Shown piece after piece: positions 45,399 to 49,113 of a stretch of 49,113 nt of DNA. How positions within the stretch are numbered: the stretch's first letter is position 1; every line of letters begins with the position of its first letter. The notes beneath the pieces were generated by a model that was not told the origin of the DNA, did not search any database, and saw only the letters and a list, made by a program, of their open reading frames with translations. Location of the stretch: contig PLLV01000090.1 in NCBI GenBank assembly GCA_003142295.1, positions 6,458 to 55,570 on the forward strand. The letters are read 5' to 3'. Both the position numbers and the translations under genes were made by a program. The stretch comes from Syntrophaceae bacterium (GTDB taxonomy: Bacteria > Desulfobacterota > Syntrophia > Syntrophales > UBA2185).

Positions 45399-47405
45399 AT
45401 GAAATTTGTCGACAGGCTAGTGAGTCAACTCTTCAAGCTGGATCTGCGCCGCCGCCTAATAGTGGGATTCCTGATTGCCACATGTCTCACCGGGTTCATA
45501 GCCACCGTCATCGGCATATGGACGATTAATAAAAGCACAATAGACGAAGTACAAAACCGGGTCAGACAGGACATCAATACGGCAAAACTTATCTATAGTC
45601 AGACCCTGGAAAAGATAACTTCCCAGATTCAATTTGCGGCAGAAGCAGTAGACCTGCACACAACAATAGCCAACCATGACATCTCTAAAATGGAGAACTT
45701 GAGGGGCTTAATCCGGCATGAGCGCGGGAATCAGGCACAAGACGGCGACGTGTTCCTTGATATGCTCGTGGTCGTCGATGCCAAAGGTCGTGTCCTCTAC
45801 AGGGCGGCGAACCCGAAAATCAGGGGTGACAGCATGCTCTGGACACCGGTCGTGAAAAACTGCATAGTAAATAATTCTACACAGGCATCTGCTGAACTCA
45901 TGCCCATTGATGACATTCTCAGGGAGAATCCCGGTCTTGCCGGGCGGGTCAAGATAGAAATCATAAAAACGCCTCTCTCCTTTGAATCGAGTGAGAAGCA
46001 ACTCTCCCATGGCATGGTAATGATGGCAGCATATCCAATCCTTGATGAGACTAAGAGATTAATCGGCGCTGTAATCGGGGGGGTTCTCCTTAACAGGGAC
46101 TATACCATCGTGGACAAAATAAAGGAAACCGTATACCAGGGTGAAAAGTACAAAGGCCGTGAAATGGGTGTTGCAACCATATTTCAGGGTGGCGTGAGAA
46201 TATCCACCAACGTTATGACGAAAGATGACAAGAGGGCCGTCGGCACTATGTTGTCCAAGGAAGTCTATGACAGGGTCATAGTAGAAGGTAAAGACTGGGT
46301 TGGCAGGGCCTTCGTGGTGAATGACTGGTACATAACCACCTATACCCCCATCTACGACATAAGCAAGAAGCTCATAGGGGCGCTCTATGTGGGCATACTG
46401 GAGGCAAAGTACAGGGACATAAAATGGAATACCATCTGGATCAACCTGGGGATCACATCTCTTGGCATGATCATCGCCTTTATCATCTCATTTCGACTGG
46501 GGGACACCATAATAAAACGCATACGCATGCTGAAGGAGGCCGCGGAGTCTATAGCCGCCGGCAATCTCGACTACAAATTGTCGCCAGATAAAATCTCCGG
46601 GTTTGACATGCTGGATGAGGCATTCAATTACATGTCGAAATCCCTGAAGAACAACAATGAAATGCTCTACAGGGCTCATCAGCAACTGGCCAGAACGGAA
46701 AAGCTGACGGCATTAGGTGAAATGGCGGCAGGTGTGGCCCATGAGATAAACAACCCGCTGGGGGGCATTCTCCTTTACAGCAACCTTGTTCTCGAAGATA
46801 TTCCGGAAGATTCTCCTGCAAGGGAAAATATGCAGAAGATAATCTACCAGACGAACAGGTCAAAGAGAATCGTCCAGAGCCTGCTTGACTTCGCCCGGAC
46901 TCCGACAGGCGAGATGCTGCCTCTGAATATAAACAGCGCCATAGAGAGCTCCCTCAGTCTGGTAAAGGACCAGGCAATGTTCCACGGCATAGAAATAAAC
47001 ACCCGTCTTGGAGAAGATCTCCCCGAAGTGATTGGTGACAAGTCCAGGCTGGAAGATGTTTTTCTGAACCTCTTCATCAATGCCGCTGATGCCATGAAAG
47101 GCGGCGGAACGTTAACGATTACCACCATGCAGGGTGCCGATAATTCAGTGAAGATCCTGATTTCAGACACCGGCAAAGGAATAGAAGAAAAAGATTTCCC
47201 TCATATTTTCGAACCTTTCTTTACAACAAAAGAACCCGGCCACGGGACCGGCCTCGGGCTTCCTATAGCTTACGGTATCATCAGGAAGCATAATGGCTCT
47301 ATCGATGCGGAAAGCAAGCCCGGAAATGGAACGACTTTCATTATCTCCCTTCCCGCATATTTGGGCAGATACAGCGGCATGGACGAAGACGTGTTTTACA
47401 GTTAA
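45399..47405 (+). CDS. Cache/HAMP sensor histidine kinase (NtrB-like)
   Basis: 2 TM, Cache-like ATIFQGGVRISTNV, HAMP domain, AGVAHEINNPL, NLFINA, DTGKG, FFTTK, GTGLGL. Confidence 0.95.
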   Translation: MKFVDRLVSQLFKLDLRRRLIVGFLIATCLTGFIATVIGIWTINKSTIDEVQNRVRQDINTAKLIYSQTLEKITSQIQFAAEAVDLHTTIANHDISKMENLRGLIRHERGNQAQDGDVFLDMLVVVDAKGRVLYRAANPKIRGDSMLWTPVVKNCIVNNSTQASAELMPIDDILRENPGLAGRVKIEIIKTPLSFESSEKQLSHGMVMMAAYPILDETKRLIGAVIGGVLLNRDYTIVDKIKETVYQGEKYKGREMGVATIFQGGVRISTNVMTKDDKRAVGTMLSKEVYDRVIVEGKDWVGRAFVVNDWYITTYTPIYDISKKLIGALYVGILEAKYRDIKWNTIWINLGITSLGMIIAFIISFRLGDTIIKRIRMLKEAAESIAAGNLDYKLSPDKISGFDMLDEAFNYMSKSLKNNNEMLYRAHQQLARTEKLTALGEMAAGVAHEINNPLGGILLYSNLVLEDIPEDSPARENMQKIIYQTNRSKRIVQSLLDFARTPTGEMLPLNINSAIESSLSLVKDQAMFHGIEINTRLGEDLPEVIGDKSRLEDVFLNLFINAADAMKGGGTLTITTMQGADNSVKILISDTGKGIEEKDFPHIFEPFFTTKEPGHGTGLGLPIAYGIIRKHNGSIDAESKPGNGTTFIISLPAYLGRYSGMDEDVFYS

Positions 47406-47414
47406 TCTTATAAA

Positions 47415-48779
47415 ATGAGAAGGGTGACGGAAACAGTGACTTCTAAAGATAAGAAAATTCTGATTATCGATGACGAGGAATCCATGCGGGACGGATGCAC
47501 ACAAGTCCTGTCACGCAAAGGGTACCAGGTGGAATGCACGGGAGATGCGCTTCGGGGGCTTGAGATGGCTCTCAAGGATATCTATGACGTGATCCTGTTA
47601 GATGTCCGGATGCCCAAGATGGATGGATTGGAGATTCTCGCAAAGCTGAAAATCGAAAGAAACATCTCTGCAAAAATCATTGTTATCACCGGCTATGGCA
47701 GCATCCCTATTGCCGTTGAGGCAATGAGGCAGGGCGCCTTTAATTTCCTGACGAAGCCCTATTCCGCAGCCGACCTGAAAAAAGCGGTCGAGGATGCCCT
47801 CAAGCGTGATGAGGGCAACGCGGAAAAGGGACTTTCCCTGCTCTACGGCACGAGCGACTATATGAAAGAGCTTAAGGAATCCATCAACCGGATAGCGCAG
47901 ACTGACAGCACCGTCCTCATCACAGGGGAGAGCGGGACGGGAAAAGAACTTGTGGCGCGCACCATCCACAATCTCAGCAAGAGGGCCGATCAGCCATTTG
48001 TCCCCGTCGACTGTTCCTCGCTGGTTGAGACCCTCATGGAAAGCGAACTATTCGGACATGTCAAAGGGGCATTCAGCGGCGCTACAGAGTCGCGTGAGGG
48101 CCGTTTCCAGATGGCGGATAAGGGAACATTATTTCTTGACGAGATTTCCAACATCAATCTCAACATTCAGGCCAAACTGCTTAGGGTAATCCAGGAACAG
48201 GAGGTGCCCAAGGTTGGCAGATCATCACCGGAACGGATAGATGTCAGGCTGATTGCTGCAACGAATAGAGATATCCGCGCAGAAATTGAAGCAGGGAGGT
48301 TCAGGGAGGATTTATTCTACAGGCTTTCAGTTGTGCCTCTCCCCGTAAAACCATTGAGGGAACATAAAGCCGACATCCTGCCCATTGCTCAGCATTACCT
48401 TGATATATTCATAACGAAGTACGACAGCAAGGTGCGATCCTTATCGGAAGAGGCAAAGAAGTCGCTCGTATCATTCAGGTGGCCCGGCAATGTCAGGGAA
48501 CTAAAGAACATCGTCGAGCGTCTATGTGTGCTGTGCGACCATGAGGTTGTCAATCTGTCTGATATATTTTACTTGGGTCAGGTCGATCAGGCAAAGGCCC
48601 CTGTGGTTGATTCTTCTACCGGCAGGATGACTTTGATAGATGTAGAAAAAGAACACATAGAAAAGGCCCTCAACCATTTTCACTTCCAGATTAATAGAAC
48701 GGCAAAATTTCTCGGTATTGACAGAAAGACCCTCCGGATGAAGATGCGTAATTACGGTATAAAAATAGAGCATCATTAA
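47415..48779 (+). CDS. Sigma-54-dependent response regulator (NtrC family)
   Basis: Receiver domain, [43 protein letters not shown], Fis-type HTH. Confidence 0.96.
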   Translation: MRRVTETVTSKDKKILIIDDEESMRDGCTQVLSRKGYQVECTGDALRGLEMALKDIYDVILLDVRMPKMDGLEILAKLKIERNISAKIIVITGYGSIPIAVEAMRQGAFNFLTKPYSAADLKKAVEDALKRDEGNAEKGLSLLYGTSDYMKELKESINRIAQTDSTVLITGESGTGKELVARTIHNLSKRADQPFVPVDCSSLVETLMESELFGHVKGAFSGATESREGRFQMADKGTLFLDEISNINLNIQAKLLRVIQEQEVPKVGRSSPERIDVRLIAATNRDIRAEIEAGRFREDLFYRLSVVPLPVKPLREHKADILPIAQHYLDIFITKYDSKVRSLSEEAKKSLVSFRWPGNVRELKNIVERLCVLCDHEVVNLSDIFYLGQVDQAKAPVVDSSTGRMTLIDVEKEHIEKALNHFHFQINRTAKFLGIDRKTLRMKMRNYGIKIEHH

Positions 48780-48800
48780 AAAAAGAAATGTTGCCGTAAG

Positions 48801-48836
48801 GGGGTTATCCGCCTCAGAGACGGGGAGTTTTACCCC
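48801..48836 (+). promoter_or_regulatory. Putative tandem upstream activator sites for an enhancer-binding protein
   Basis: GGGGTTATCCGCCTC and GGGGAGTTTTACCCC, starts 21 bp apart, about 65-100 bp upstream of the -24 element. Confidence 0.55.
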
Positions 48837-48882
48837 CTCAAAGTTTCCATTCTTCCACCACTCGCCATATCTTCTTTTTACA

Positions 48883-48895
48883 AATCAATAAGTTA
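48883..48895 (+). promoter_or_regulatory. IHF binding site
   Basis: AATCAATAAGTTA matches the WATCAANNNNTTR consensus exactly. Confidence 0.7.
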
Positions 48896-48900
48896 CAATC

Positions 48901-48916
48901 TGGCATCATCCTTGCT
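48901..48916 (+). promoter_or_regulatory. Sigma-54 (-24/-12) promoter
   Basis: TGGCATCATCCTTGCT: GG-N10-GC. Confidence 0.85.
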
Positions 48917-48955
48917 CATATTAATTACAAAAATCAAAAATGGAGGTAATGAACA

Positions 48956-49113
48956 ATGACAAAGAAAAAAATTCTCCTAATAGACGATGACAAAGACTTT
49001 CTATTCGCGACCAAACTGATTCTCGAAAAGGGCGGGTACGAAGTGTTTCTGGCAGAAGACGGGAAGAGCGGAGTTGAGATGTGGAAGTCGGTGTCTCCCG
49101 ATCTTGCCATTAT
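48956..49113 (+). CDS. Response regulator receiver protein (partial, runs off window end)
   Basis: GGAGG SD; MTKKKILLIDDDKDFLFATKLILEKGGYEVFLAEDGKSGVEMWKSVSPDLAI. Confidence 0.9.
   Translation, partial: MTKKKILLIDDDKDFLFATKLILEKGGYEVFLAEDGKSGVEMWKSVSPDLAI

Overview
A ~49 kb, mostly core-genome window from an anaerobic Desulfobacterota-like bacterium (Syntrophales-like gene content; the taxonomy is inference). It holds housekeeping genes (hup, glyA, csp, xseAB-ispA-dxs-tlyA-ispH, tmk-holB-ricT-metG, ispB, nnr), two PilT-family ATPases, tRNA-Ala(CGC), polyamine-related genes, a redox/stress cluster, a TIGR04282/TIGR04283 transferase pair and a sigma-54 two-component system. I found no intact mobile element, prophage or CRISPR array. 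The most notable signals are: (1) an intact IspH fused to a multi-pass UbiA-type prenyltransferase domain beside the isoprenoid operon; (2) a stand-alone Josephin/papain-like Cys-His-Asp protease; (3) a HesB/IscA-like selenoprotein with an in-frame UGA and SECIS-like hairpin, truncated in the ORF track; (4) a probable CTG start for ricT; (5) a CheB fragment and an orphan CheR; (6) a small gene frameshifted by a 10-bp tandem duplication; (7) a complete sigma-54 promoter (UAS pair, IHF site, -24/-12) whose UAS motif recurs upstream of the regulator's own operon. All family assignments come from motif recognition by eye; no database searches were run.
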